A stretch of 64,000 bases of DNA from Candidatus Saccharimonadia bacterium (lineage in GTDB: Bacteria > Patescibacteriota > Saccharimonadia > Saccharimonadales > JALRHH01), in the NCBI GenBank assembly GCA_023253175.1, contig JALRHH010000001.1, forward strand, positions 24,130-88,129. Reading direction: 5' to 3'. Within the stretch, counting starts at the first letter, position 1. Every line of letters begins with the position of its first letter. The position numbers and the translations under genes were made by a program. This document shows, piece by piece, positions 41,134 to 50,014 of this stretch. The notes beneath the pieces are model-generated. The model worked only from the letters and a program-made list of their open reading frames with translations. It had not been told where the DNA came from and searched no databases.

Positions 41134-41520
41134 ATGCTTGTTATTCGTATGCAGCGTACTGGCCGTAAGGGTCACGCTCAATTCCGTGTTGTCGTTCAAG
41201 ACAGTCGTCGGACCCCTAGCAGTGGCCGTGTGGTTGCCCTGCTCGGTAGCTACAACCCACACACCAAGGAAACTAACCTTAACAAAGAACTTGCAGCAAA
41301 GTATCTCGGTAACGGTGCGCAGCCATCTGACCGTGTTGTTCGTTTGCTCCAGGCAGAAAAGGTAGAACTTCCTAAGTGGGTAAAGGTTGCTGGCGGTACC
41401 AAAGAAGGTAAGCTTCGCAACCCAGAGAAGCTCCGCAAGAACCAGCCAAAGGAAGAAGCTCCAGTAGAAACTGAGGCTCCTGCAGCTGAAGAAGCAGAAG
41501 CTCCAATCGAAGAAGCTTAA
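41134..41520 (+). CDS. rpsP: 30S ribosomal protein S16 with E/A/P-rich C-terminal extension
   Basis: MLVIRMQRTGRKGHAQFRVVVQDSRRTPSSGRVVALLGSYNP is canonical bS16. GAAAGGAA RBS. Confidence 0.9.
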   Translation: MLVIRMQRTGRKGHAQFRVVVQDSRRTPSSGRVVALLGSYNPHTKETNLNKELAAKYLGNGAQPSDRVVRLLQAEKVELPKWVKVAGGTKEGKLRNPEKLRKNQPKEEAPVETEAPAAEEAEAPIEEA

Positions 41521-41540
41521 GACAAACTGTTCCAAAATTA

Positions 41541-41575
41541 AAACTCCCGTGAATACTCGCGGGAGTTTTAATTTT
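41541..41575. terminator. Intrinsic terminator after rpsP
   Basis: AACTCCCG-(10-nt loop)-CGGGAGTT followed by TTAATTTT. Confidence 0.65.
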
Positions 41576-41650
41576 AAGCTGGGCGCTTTAGTCTGCACCC
41601 AGTAGTTTGCTATACTACTAGTACTGACAGTAATTGGAGGAATGACCCGT

Positions 41651-42025
41651 ATGAGCGCAACTATTGACCAGCAATTTGTAGAATTTATCGTAAAATCCCT
41701 TGTCGGAAATCCCGATGCCGTTAAGGTAGATCGGCGCATTGATGAAAAGGGTGTGCTCCTTGAGCTCACTGTTGACGCAGAAGATCTCGGCCGTGTAATC
41801 GGTAAGCGCGGTGCTACGGCGCAGAGCCTTCGTACGCTACTCCGCGCACTCGGAACTAAGAACGAGGCACGCTATAACCTGAAGATTGTCGATACCGGCG
41901 ATGGTTCAGCGGTATCAAGTTCATCGAGCGCTAGCGATGACGATGATGACGTGCAGTCAACCGAGAGCGATGTTGTAAGCCAGACGCGCCGTGAGCTTGC
42001 AGAACTTGACGACCTAGACGTATAA
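41651..42025 (+). CDS. KH-domain RNA-binding protein (UPF0109/YlqC-like) with acidic C-terminal tail
   Basis: KH core LLELTVDAEDLGRVIGKRGATAQSLRTLLRALG. Start placed at the ATG at 41651 (10 nt after GGAGG). The upstream ATG at 41642 is only 1 nt from the SD. Confidence 0.75.
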   Translation: MSATIDQQFVEFIVKSLVGNPDAVKVDRRIDEKGVLLELTVDAEDLGRVIGKRGATAQSLRTLLRALGTKNEARYNLKIVDTGDGSAVSSSSSASDDDDDVQSTESDVVSQTRRELAELDDLDV

Positions 42026-42380
42026 GCTGGGGATAATTACAGCCGAGTTACGCTTGAAAGATTTGATCTGACAAGGTATAGTCATAAGCATGTTTCAGCC
42101 GTGACCAAATCCGGTGTAACAAAATAAAAACAAACAAAAAGCTCTATGCGAGCATTCCCAGAATGGGAGCTTTATGTGGCAATAAGAACCCCAGAAGGGG
42201 TTCTTATTGTTTCTGGCTATCGTAGCTGGCACATTTTGGGCGTAAACCTGCGGCAAAAAGCTTCATCGTACCTGCTGTACGTCTCAGCATTTTTGCTCGG
42301 TTTTCATCCCAAACTGTACTCAAGTACGATAGCCAGAGTGTACTACATATTGACGAGTATGATATAATGTAATAAATTAT
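42026..42380. other. 355-bp non-coding, highly structured spacer at the canonical rimM position (candidate ncRNA / regulatory leader)
   Basis: No credible ORF. Contains a perfect 12-bp stem (AATAAGAACCCC-AGA-GGGGTTCTTATT, ~42182-42208), a nested hairpin around 42142-42178, and a 12-nt long-range inverted repeat CTGGCTATCGTA (42202-42213) / TACGATAGCCAG (42318-42329) enclosing ~105 nt. Ends with the extended -10 TGATATAAT (42360-42368) just before the trmD ATG. Confidence 0.35.
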
Positions 42381-43031
42381 ATGAAAATACAAGTAATTAC
42401 GTTATTCCCCGATATGTTTGCCGGAGTTATGGGCTCCAGCATGATGTGGAAGGCACAAGAGCAGAAGGCTTTCGATATCTCATATATTGATTTACGCCAG
42501 TTCGGCAATGGCCCACGTAAGCAAGTCGATGATACGCCATATGGCGGTGGTGATGGTATGCTCCTGAAGGTTGATTCATTGGTGGCGGCGATTGAACATG
42601 CAAAAGAAAATGACCCAGATGCGATTGTTATGCTGCCAACCCCGCGTGGAAAGGTGTACAAGCAATCTGACGCGAAGCGCCTTGCTGCTGGTGACAAGGG
42701 GCTTATAATTGTTTGCCCTCGGTACGAAGGGTATGATGAACGGGTAACCGCATGGGTTGATGAGCAGTTCTGTATTGGCAATTATGTGCTGACGGGCGGT
42801 GAGCTGCCTGCAATGATCGTAATAGACAGTGTTGTTCGGCTACTCCCTGGGGTTCTGGGTGGGGAGGCCTCGGCAGAAATTGAATCGTTCCAAGAAGACG
42901 ATGAATCAATTGAATTTCCACAGTACACTCGTCCTGAGGTATTTCGGGATATGAAAGTACCTGATGTACTACTGAGTGGTCACCATGCTGAAATTGCAAA
43001 ATGGCGTGAAAGTAACAGCGCAAAAGCGTAG
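42381..43031 (+). CDS. trmD: tRNA (guanine37-N1)-methyltransferase
   Basis: SPOUT-fold TrmD: MKIQVITLFPDMF..., SYIDLRQFG..., ...LIIVCPRYEGYDERV..., GNYVLTGGELPAMIVIDSVVRLLPGVLG. Confidence 0.9.
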   Translation: MKIQVITLFPDMFAGVMGSSMMWKAQEQKAFDISYIDLRQFGNGPRKQVDDTPYGGGDGMLLKVDSLVAAIEHAKENDPDAIVMLPTPRGKVYKQSDAKRLAAGDKGLIIVCPRYEGYDERVTAWVDEQFCIGNYVLTGGELPAMIVIDSVVRLLPGVLGGEASAEIESFQEDDESIEFPQYTRPEVFRDMKVPDVLLSGHHAEIAKWRESNSAKA

Positions 43032-43100
43032 ATATTTCACAGAATATACTAAGCCCCACGCGGTATAATAGATCCTTAGAAACATTAAGGAGATCTACCG

Positions 43101-43487
43101 ATGGGATTACTACCGAAAATCAAACCAGTATATGCACACTGTGACCTGCCATGTGGAATTTATGACCCTGCTCAGGCTCGTATTGAGGCCGAGAGCGTTA
43201 AGGCGATGATGGAGAAATATGAGGGCCTTGATGAGCACAACAAGCTCCGTGCGGTGATACTTATTGAACAGCGGGCAGAACTTGTTAAGCACCATTTGTG
43301 GGTACTCTGGACGGACTACTTTAAGCAGCCACACCTTGAAAAGTATCCTGATTTACACGAAAAATTCTGGCTCGCAACTAAGCAAGCGGGTGAATGTAAG
43401 CATCACATGGATGTCAAAGAAGCTGATACATTACTTGCACAGATAGACGAGATTGCTGAGATATTCTGGGAAACCAAGAAATCATAA
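43101..43487 (+). CDS. sodN: Nickel-containing superoxide dismutase precursor (NiSOD)
   Basis: A 12-aa propeptide (MGLLPKIKPVYA) followed by the Ni-hook HCDLPCGIYDPAQARIEAESVKAM. The remainder is a four-helix-bundle SOD ending IFWETKK. Close resemblance to actinobacterial NiSOD. AAGGAG RBS. Confidence 0.85.
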   Translation: MGLLPKIKPVYAHCDLPCGIYDPAQARIEAESVKAMMEKYEGLDEHNKLRAVILIEQRAELVKHHLWVLWTDYFKQPHLEKYPDLHEKFWLATKQAGECKHHMDVKEADTLLAQIDEIAEIFWETKKS

Positions 43488-43512
43488 ATAACCACATAGG
43501 AGGGCAATAGAA

Positions 43513-43854
43513 GTGCGCTTTATAGCTCCCTTTATGATCCGCCGAGTCCAAGGCCATAGTATGTTGCCGGTATTGCCTCCCGGTACTTTGGTTTGGGGCT
43601 ATAGATGGTACCTTAGATTGCGGCCACAGAAGGTGGTTATCGCAGAACACAGTGGCCGAGAAATTGTAAAACGTATTGAATCCGTGCGGCCGGAAGGATT
43701 ATTCCTGTTAGGTGACCATACGGAGGCAAGTACCGATAGTCGTCACTATGGTGCTATTCCAAAAGATAATGTGAAGGCTGTAGTTATTTGGCCCCGTGTT
43801 CGGCGGGTCTTAGCGGATTCTGGCGGTATTACTGCTCGCCCGATAGATACTTAA
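43513..43854 (+). CDS. sodX: NiSOD maturation peptidase SodX (signal-peptidase I / S26 family)
   Basis: S26 catalytic Ser motif GHSMLP and the GDHTEASTDSRHYG box (GDNR..S.DSR..G). GTG start 10 nt after AGGAGGG. Lies immediately downstream of sodN. Confidence 0.7.
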   Translation: MRFIAPFMIRRVQGHSMLPVLPPGTLVWGYRWYLRLRPQKVVIAEHSGREIVKRIESVRPEGLFLLGDHTEASTDSRHYGAIPKDNVKAVVIWPRVRRVLADSGGITARPIDT

Positions 43855-45043
43855 GCTTGGCCATTTCATTACCGCAGTGAGGACAGTAATCTTCCTGATC
43901 GTTCATTGCTGCCCAGCGGCTCGTTGCCTTGTTGACCGGTAAATAGTCATGGTAAAGCATTAAGTCGGCCAGGCTTCGCAGTGTCCATCCAAGCCAGCCA
44001 AAGATCCGGACTTTGCCCCAGAGTACGGCTGCCCATTTTGGCCCTGCTGGAAGTACGTAAATCGGTTTTTTGGCCTTGTAGGGTTCTGGCGTTTGGCTAC
44101 TTGCGATACGTTGTAGGTTTTGCGCAACAAACTTGCCATCATACAGCGCAGTCTGAGCCATGCCACTGTATGGAGTATCGGCATTATCACCTATCACATA
44201 TATGCCAGGTTCTGCCTGTAGGAACTGATCCACACGAACTTTGCCGTTTCTGGCTATCTGAAAGTCATGGTCCTTAAAGAATGGACTATTTGCCACGCCA
44301 GCAGTCCAAATAACGGTGTGACTGCGGATTGGCTTGCCTCCCACCATGAGGGCGTCGGCTGTTTGGGCCTGTACAGCAGTCTTTGTATATATTTTGACCC
44401 CTTGCTTGCGTAAGTTTCGGGTAATTGCGCGGGAGATGTCCTTGGGCATACGCGGCACCAAACGAGGGGCGGCTTCGATAAGATCGACATGTACCTTGCG
44501 TTTTTTAAGCCCCTGATGTTTGGCAATAGTTTTAATATAGTGCGGGAGCGCACCGGCTAGTTCTACGCCGGTTGGACCACCACCAATAACTACATAGTTT
44601 AGATCGTATTGACGGTCAGTGCAGAGCTGCTTATGAAGATGTGCCTTAAGCTCTTCTGCATCAGAAAGTGTCTTAATGCCATACGAGAATTCACTGAGGC
44701 CACTAATCCCAAAGTAGTTAGTCATCACGCCAAGCCCAAATATCACCGCTTCGTATGTAAATGTTTCGCCTGATTTTGTGGTAACCGTGTGACCTACTTT
44801 ATCTATGTCGGTGACCGTATCGATAACTACATTCACCGATTTACTGACAAAAATTTCTGTGAGTGGAATCGAAGCTACCCTATGTGAACCACCCGTTGAT
44901 ACATGAAAGAGCGTTGGGTAAACCCTGAAATCGTCATGATCACTAATGAGTATGACTTTAAATCGGTGGTCGTGTGATAGTTCAAGGGCTGCCTTTATGC
45001 CGCCAAAGCCTCCACCTACGATAACAATATTGTGTTTTGACAT
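43829..45043 (-). CDS. ndh: Type II NADH dehydrogenase (NDH-2) / FAD-dependent pyridine nucleotide-disulfide oxidoreductase
   Basis: N-terminal FAD dinucleotide-binding fold IVIVGGGFGGIKAA, a second Rossmann motif (VVIGGGPTGVELAG), and a quinone-binding C-terminal region. Confidence 0.85.
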   Translation of the reverse strand: MSKHNIVIVGGGFGGIKAALELSHDHRFKVILISDHDDFRVYPTLFHVSTGGSHRVASIPLTEIFVSKSVNVVIDTVTDIDKVGHTVTTKSGETFTYEAVIFGLGVMTNYFGISGLSEFSYGIKTLSDAEELKAHLHKQLCTDRQYDLNYVVIGGGPTGVELAGALPHYIKTIAKHQGLKKRKVHVDLIEAAPRLVPRMPKDISRAITRNLRKQGVKIYTKTAVQAQTADALMVGGKPIRSHTVIWTAGVANSPFFKDHDFQIARNGKVRVDQFLQAEPGIYVIGDNADTPYSGMAQTALYDGKFVAQNLQRIASSQTPEPYKAKKPIYVLPAGPKWAAVLWGKVRIFGWLGWTLRSLADLMLYHDYLPVNKATSRWAAMNDQEDYCPHCGNEMAKLKYLSGEQ

Positions 45044-45136
45044 GTTGTTTGTATATTCCTGTTGTTCTCTGTAATAGTAGCATAACGCTTATGGATATGC
45101 GATACTTAGGTTAAACGCATAAAAGAGTAAACAAAC

Positions 45137-46798
45137 ATGGATCCATTTCTAAAAGAATTACAGAAAATTTTTAAGGGTGAAATTGAAACAGACATCACCA
45201 CTCGTGAAAAATACAGTCATGATGCAAGTATGTTTGAGATCTTGCCGGATGTGGTTGTCGCTCCCAAGGATAGTCAGGATATCCAGTCTCTCGTAAAATT
45301 GGTTGCAAAATACAAAAAACAACTGCCAAAGCTTTCTCTTACTGCACGCAGCGCTGGTACAGATATGGCGGGGGGCGCAATCAACGACTCTGTCATCATC
45401 GACTTTAATCGTCATCTGACGACCATTCATGAAACTTCGGCCATAGAAGCGCATGCTCAGCCAGGTGTGTTTTATCGGGATTTTGAAAAGGCAACACTTG
45501 AGCATAATGCGTTAATGCCGTCTTACCCTGCATCACGTGAACTTGCCACTATCGGCGGTATGATCGGTAATAACTCTGGCGGCGAGAAGTCACTCGAGTA
45601 TGGTAAAACAGCTGATTTCGTTACAGAACTTAAGCTCATCTTTGCGGATGGTAATGAGTATGTAGTGAAGCCGCTTAATGAATCAGAACTCAAGAAGAAG
45701 ATTGCTCAGAAAGATTTTGAAGGCAGTATTTACAAGCAGGTTTTTGAATTATGTGAAAAGCATTATGACGAAATTAAGGCCGCAAAACCTCAGGTGAGTA
45801 AAAATTCGATGGGGTACGCACTCTGGGATGTTTGGGACCGTGATACCAAAATTTTTGACTTGAGCCGTTTGATTGTTGGTGCCGAAGGCACGCTCGGTAT
45901 GGTCACTGATATTACGTTCCGTTTAGTGCCTGCACGCGCTCATTCGGGACTACTTGTGCTATTTCTAAAGAACATTAATGACCTAGGGGAACTGATCCCA
46001 ACAGTGCTCAAGCACAAGCCGGCTACCTTTGAATCGTTTGATGATGCAACATTATGGCTTTCAATACGATTTATGCCAAGCTTCCTCAAGATGCTTGGCT
46101 GGAAACGGTTTATTAGATTATTGATTAACTTAATTCCTGATGGACTGCAGTTACTGCGTGGTATACCTAAGTTGGTACTCATGATCGAATTTAATGCTGA
46201 TACAGAAGAAGAGGTGCGCCAAAAGGTGAGGGCACTGCACCGAGATCTTGGCAAGAACAGGGCTCGCTATGAAATTAATGGTTTTGAAGAAGCGCCTACT
46301 GAAGGCAAGTCAGAAAAGTTTTGGATTATGCGACGTAATAGCTTTCAGATCCTACGCAGCAAGGTCAAGGACAAGCACACAGCACCATTTATTGATGACT
46401 TTGTAGTGCCGCCAAAACACCTTGTTGATTTTCTGCCAGAGTTACAAAGAATCATCAAGAAGTATAAACTGTTTGCTACGATTGCTGGACACATGGGTGA
46501 CGGTAACTTCCACGTGATCCCACTCATGAAATTTGAAGACCCCAAAGAGCGAGCAAAAATTCAGCCTGCCCAGAAAGAAGTTAACGAACTGGTACTTAAA
46601 TATGGCGGTAGCCTCAGCGGTGAGCACAATGATGGCCTGGTGCGCGGTGCGTGGCTGGATCAACAGTTCGGCAAAAATGTTTCCGGTTACATGAGTGATG
46701 TTAAGAGCATATTTGACGCAGACAATATATTCAATCCTCACAAGAAAACTGATGCCAACTGGGAATATTCAATGTCCCATCTCCGCGAACACTTTTAG
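45137..46798 (+). CDS. FAD-linked oxidase (GlcD/D-lactate dehydrogenase-like), paralogue of the 19812-21449 gene
   Basis: PCMH-type FAD-binding domain (VVAPKDSQDIQSLVKLV..; RSAGTDMAGGAIN) and a C-terminal GGSLSGEHNDGLVRG motif. Clear sequence similarity to the protein at 19812-21449. Confidence 0.85.
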   Translation: MDPFLKELQKIFKGEIETDITTREKYSHDASMFEILPDVVVAPKDSQDIQSLVKLVAKYKKQLPKLSLTARSAGTDMAGGAINDSVIIDFNRHLTTIHETSAIEAHAQPGVFYRDFEKATLEHNALMPSYPASRELATIGGMIGNNSGGEKSLEYGKTADFVTELKLIFADGNEYVVKPLNESELKKKIAQKDFEGSIYKQVFELCEKHYDEIKAAKPQVSKNSMGYALWDVWDRDTKIFDLSRLIVGAEGTLGMVTDITFRLVPARAHSGLLVLFLKNINDLGELIPTVLKHKPATFESFDDATLWLSIRFMPSFLKMLGWKRFIRLLINLIPDGLQLLRGIPKLVLMIEFNADTEEEVRQKVRALHRDLGKNRARYEINGFEEAPTEGKSEKFWIMRRNSFQILRSKVKDKHTAPFIDDFVVPPKHLVDFLPELQRIIKKYKLFATIAGHMGDGNFHVIPLMKFEDPKERAKIQPAQKEVNELVLKYGGSLSGEHNDGLVRGAWLDQQFGKNVSGYMSDVKSIFDADNIFNPHKKTDANWEYSMSHLREHF

Positions 46799-47796
46799 TT
46801 CATGGTTTTGTACTGATCGATAGCGTAATTGTATTGATTGCGTAGTGATTCACAGCGTGCTTTTGTAGCATCGACCTGGCGGGTCATAAATAGATCATTT
46901 GGATCATAGGTGCTTTGCTGGCGTGAGGCTTCCTTTAGGCAGTCATTATATTTGCCGCGTAGCGACTCTATGGTAGATGCTTGCTGATCTCTTGCGGTGG
47001 TATCTATACTTTGATGGCTGATAGTAATATAAATCGCCAAGCTGATACTACTGGCTATAACAAGTCCAAAAAGGACAATTTTTGCCCAAAATACGCGTAC
47101 TGTTTTTTTGTGACTGAGGGTTGCATTTGTTTCTGGGAGGTATCGTTCTGAGTGGCTTGTGATAAGCTCGGGTAATAAGTGCCGACAGCGCCTCGGGACG
47201 TAGGGTAGGTAATCCTCGGCTGGTATTCTATTCTCGTGGGCAAATCTAATCACCGAATCTGCATAAGATTGGGCAGAGTAATTTTGTAGCGTGATAAATT
47301 CTCGCTGATCCCATGAGGTGCTCACTATATGGTAGATCTTATGGGACCGTTTGATCTCGGGCTGCAGAGCATTGACTATCCATAACCCAAGCCCAAGTTC
47401 AACGCTTGCGAATTCTACGGTGGCAACATCTGACGTAGCATGGTTTGCCTTTTGAAGGGCGTAAGTTATGACTGCGAGTGCCAAGATTGCGCCGCAGCTG
47501 TAAGGGTGTTTTTTAAAGCTTGAATGTATGAAAATCGATTTCGATTTTAGGTCCACTTCAAATGTATGTGCCTCATCGCTAAACTGAAATGTTAGTCCTG
47601 AGACCCTCAGGCCGATCCAGCGGCACATTGCAGTGCCAACGTGTTGAAGTCCTTCATTTGTGTATAGGGAGTTATATTGATCTAGTTCCGGTAACTGTAG
47701 CTTACCTTGATGCGTGAATCGGTGACCAAAAACCTCGTGCAAATACGCCCGTTTTTCATCATCCGTCAGAAGCTGCTGGTATTCTATCCCACCCAT
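46795..47796 (-). CDS. Hypothetical protein with C-terminal TM anchor
   Basis: Intact 333-aa ORF convergent with, and overlapping by 4 nt, the upstream oxidase gene. One TM helix (IVLFGLVIASSISLAIYITI). Confidence 0.45.
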   Translation of the reverse strand: MGGIEYQQLLTDDEKRAYLHEVFGHRFTHQGKLQLPELDQYNSLYTNEGLQHVGTAMCRWIGLRVSGLTFQFSDEAHTFEVDLKSKSIFIHSSFKKHPYSCGAILALAVITYALQKANHATSDVATVEFASVELGLGLWIVNALQPEIKRSHKIYHIVSTSWDQREFITLQNYSAQSYADSVIRFAHENRIPAEDYLPYVPRRCRHLLPELITSHSERYLPETNATLSHKKTVRVFWAKIVLFGLVIASSISLAIYITISHQSIDTTARDQQASTIESLRGKYNDCLKEASRQQSTYDPNDLFMTRQVDATKARCESLRNQYNYAIDQYKTMN

Positions 47797-47818
47797 AGTT
47801 ACTGATAAGTATACAGTA

Positions 47819-48403
47819 TTATTTTTGCTTCTTGCGTTTGTGCTGTGCGATTGCTTCGCTGAGTGTTCGCTTTTCCCTGAGCCTGGTTAGTAGTAACCAG
47901 TCAAACCAGTAGTCGATCGCGCCTCTTTTTTTAACGTAGACTGTAAACATACCCATCCGATTACCGCCGAATATATCAGCGTGCAGCCTATCACCGATCA
48001 TGGCCGTCTTTTCAGGCTGAGTCTGAAGGGCACCTAGGACGTAATCAAAGAAAAGAGGATTTGGTTTTCTGATAAGCCGCAGGCCTTTTCTGAATGGCTG
48101 AAATACGCGGGCATTGATGGGTTCGCTATATCGTTTCAGATTTCTTTGGTTATTACTAACAAGACACAGTGATTTGAACTGATTAGAGTTATTTACTTCG
48201 TTCAGAAGCGTGATGACGGCGTGGGGAAGTTTCCGGGAGTACGGTCTGCGGAGCGTTTGGTCCAAATCAAATAGGAGGTGCTCAACACCTAATTTTTCTA
48301 GCTGTTCGAAATCAATATCATCAACGTTCGTAGCCGTAAAATCGGGCAGAAATGAAGGTGATGCAATTTTTCGTTTCGTAAGTTCGTAGCCAAGTATTTT
48401 CAC
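47819..48403 (-). CDS. HAD-superfamily phosphatase (subfamily IIIA/YqeG-like)
   Basis: Motif I LLFDLDQTL (DxDxT), motif II LVSNN, and motif IV GDRLHADIFGGN. Confidence 0.75.
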   Translation of the reverse strand: MKILGYELTKRKIASPSFLPDFTATNVDDIDFEQLEKLGVEHLLFDLDQTLRRPYSRKLPHAVITLLNEVNNSNQFKSLCLVSNNQRNLKRYSEPINARVFQPFRKGLRLIRKPNPLFFDYVLGALQTQPEKTAMIGDRLHADIFGGNRMGMFTVYVKKRGAIDYWFDWLLLTRLREKRTLSEAIAQHKRKKQK

Positions 48404-48409
48404 AGGTGA

Positions 48410-49126
48410 TTAGCGGTACTCCGGATTCTCGAAATCAAATCGCGCGCCAGCATCCCATTTGCCGCGTTGATTGCCATAAGCTGGAATACCGTTCTTAAGG
48501 ATTTTTGCTAAATGCATCAGGTTCCAGGTCATAAAGGTTGTATTTCGGTTTGTGAAATCGTTATTGATCCCGGCGTGACTACCGTCTTCAAGTTTATCAC
48601 CATAGCTTGGCCCCGGACCTGCTTCGCCGATCCAGCCGGCATCAGCTTGCGGCGGGATTGTAAAACCAATGTGCTGAAGGCTATATAAAATATTCATGGC
48701 ACAGTGCTTAATGCCGTCTTCGTTGCCAGTTATAAGACATCCTCCAACTTTGCCATAAGTGGCGTACTGCCCATCGTTATTCAAATCACCTGAATTAGCA
48801 TACAGTCGTTCAATCAGCTGTTTTGTGACGGAACTATTATCGCCAAGCCAGATTGGTCCGGCGATTACGACAATATTTGCGTCCTGTACCTTTTTGTATA
48901 GAGCGGGCCATTCGTCGGTTTTCCAGCCGTGTTCTGTCATGTCTGGGTATACGCCGGTGGCAATATCGTGATCGATAACGCGTATAACTTCTGTTCCTAC
49001 CCCGTGCTTATCCATGATGGTCTTTGATACGTCAATGAGTGTGTCTGTATGACTTGACTCTGGTGATTTCTTTAAGGTCGTGTTAAAGAAAACAGCCCTC
49101 AGATTGCTAAAATCGTAGTCGCTCAT
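48410..49126 (-). CDS. NAD(P)H-dependent FMN reductase / flavodoxin-like fold protein
   Basis: LRAVFFNTTLKKSPESSHTD..., ...NIVVIAGPIWLGDNSSVTKQLIERL is the FMN_red signature. Start set at the internal Met (MSDYDF). Confidence 0.7.
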   Translation of the reverse strand: MSDYDFSNLRAVFFNTTLKKSPESSHTDTLIDVSKTIMDKHGVGTEVIRVIDHDIATGVYPDMTEHGWKTDEWPALYKKVQDANIVVIAGPIWLGDNSSVTKQLIERLYANSGDLNNDGQYATYGKVGGCLITGNEDGIKHCAMNILYSLQHIGFTIPPQADAGWIGEAGPGPSYGDKLEDGSHAGINNDFTNRNTTFMTWNLMHLAKILKNGIPAYGNQRGKWDAGARFDFENPEYR

Positions 49127-49167
49127 AATCTTACGCCTCCTTTGCTCGTCTAATGATAGCACTATAT

Positions 49168-49731
49168 TTAGTTGCGGGCGCTGTGTTTGTGGATGGTGGC
49201 CCAGAGCAAAGCGGCTATCGTGAGGAAGAGGCCACTGTATAATCCAATCTCAGCATACATTTCTGACATATAGCCTTCGTTGAAATTATTTACGAAATAC
49301 ATTACAACCGTGGTGCTATACACAGCTGCACAAAGGCCTGCAACTGCGTAAAGCACTGACCTATTAAGCAAAACAGCTGCCACAATGATTGGAATTACAA
49401 ATAGGAACACGGATTTACTGGCGTAGCCGCGCTGAGTGTACACGTTGAACGCGGCGAATGCGATGTCTGCTATGATGATGGCTCCAAGCACAGTGCGGTA
49501 AACCGATGCCGCACTCGGCTTGCTACGAGCAGTCAGCCAAACGGCGATCGTCACTGCGGCAAGCAAGCTAACGGCGAACCAGCGTTTTAGAAGTAACTCT
49601 GGCGTTATGACTTTGCTCGCATGGAATACAATTGTTTGAGCTATGAATAGTAGCACGAAAACAATGTGGAATTTTGCGACTCTTAGGGTAGCTGCATGTA
49701 GATGGTCTAATAGCGCAGTAGGTTTCTTCAT
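49168..49731 (-). CDS. Hypothetical polytopic membrane protein
   Basis: Five to six predicted TM helices. No motif recognised. Confidence 0.45.
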   Translation of the reverse strand: MKKPTALLDHLHAATLRVAKFHIVFVLLFIAQTIVFHASKVITPELLLKRWFAVSLLAAVTIAVWLTARSKPSAASVYRTVLGAIIIADIAFAAFNVYTQRGYASKSVFLFVIPIIVAAVLLNRSVLYAVAGLCAAVYSTTVVMYFVNNFNEGYMSEMYAEIGLYSGLFLTIAALLWATIHKHSARN

Positions 49732-49735
49732 ATAC

Positions 49736-49993
49736 CTATATTTCTTGTTTTGCTAGTTTGTGCTTTGCGAACTGTGTTAGACCGATTGCCACTGTTATGT
49801 AGAGAAGCCCACTGAGGCAGCCTTTAAGCATATTCCCGTTCGTAAAGACGAGTCCTGTTCCAGTTGCAATGGTTCCTGCTGTAAGGACGTAGGATGCCTT
49901 GATGTGGTTTGACGAAAGTGTAAACACCGAAGCTGCGGCTATTATAATTCCACTCACGGCGATAATGATATGACTGATTAAAAGTATAAGCAT
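49736..49993 (-). CDS. Hypothetical small membrane protein (85 aa)
   Basis: Three hydrophobic segments. Tightly spaced with the downstream gene. Confidence 0.4.
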   Translation of the reverse strand: MLILLISHIIIAVSGIIIAAASVFTLSSNHIKASYVLTAGTIATGTGLVFTNGNMLKGCLSGLLYITVAIGLTQFAKHKLAKQEI

Positions 49994-50014
49994 AATGTAT
50001 TTAGTATACCGTAT

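Noticed and set aside
42146-42392. Small ORFs (73 aa on plus, 62 aa on minus) in the KH-trmD spacer, and possible rimM pseudogene
   Set aside because: There is no RBS, the amino-acid composition is skewed and hydrophobic-poor, and the region is dominated by stable hairpins. No RimM-like translated motif is visible by eye. It is treated as non-coding structured DNA/RNA instead.
46795-47796. HEVFGH near the N-terminus of the 333-aa protein as a possible zincin HExxH motif
   Set aside because: The spacing is H-E-x-x-x-H, not HExxH, and there is no downstream third ligand context, so there is no support for a metalloprotease.
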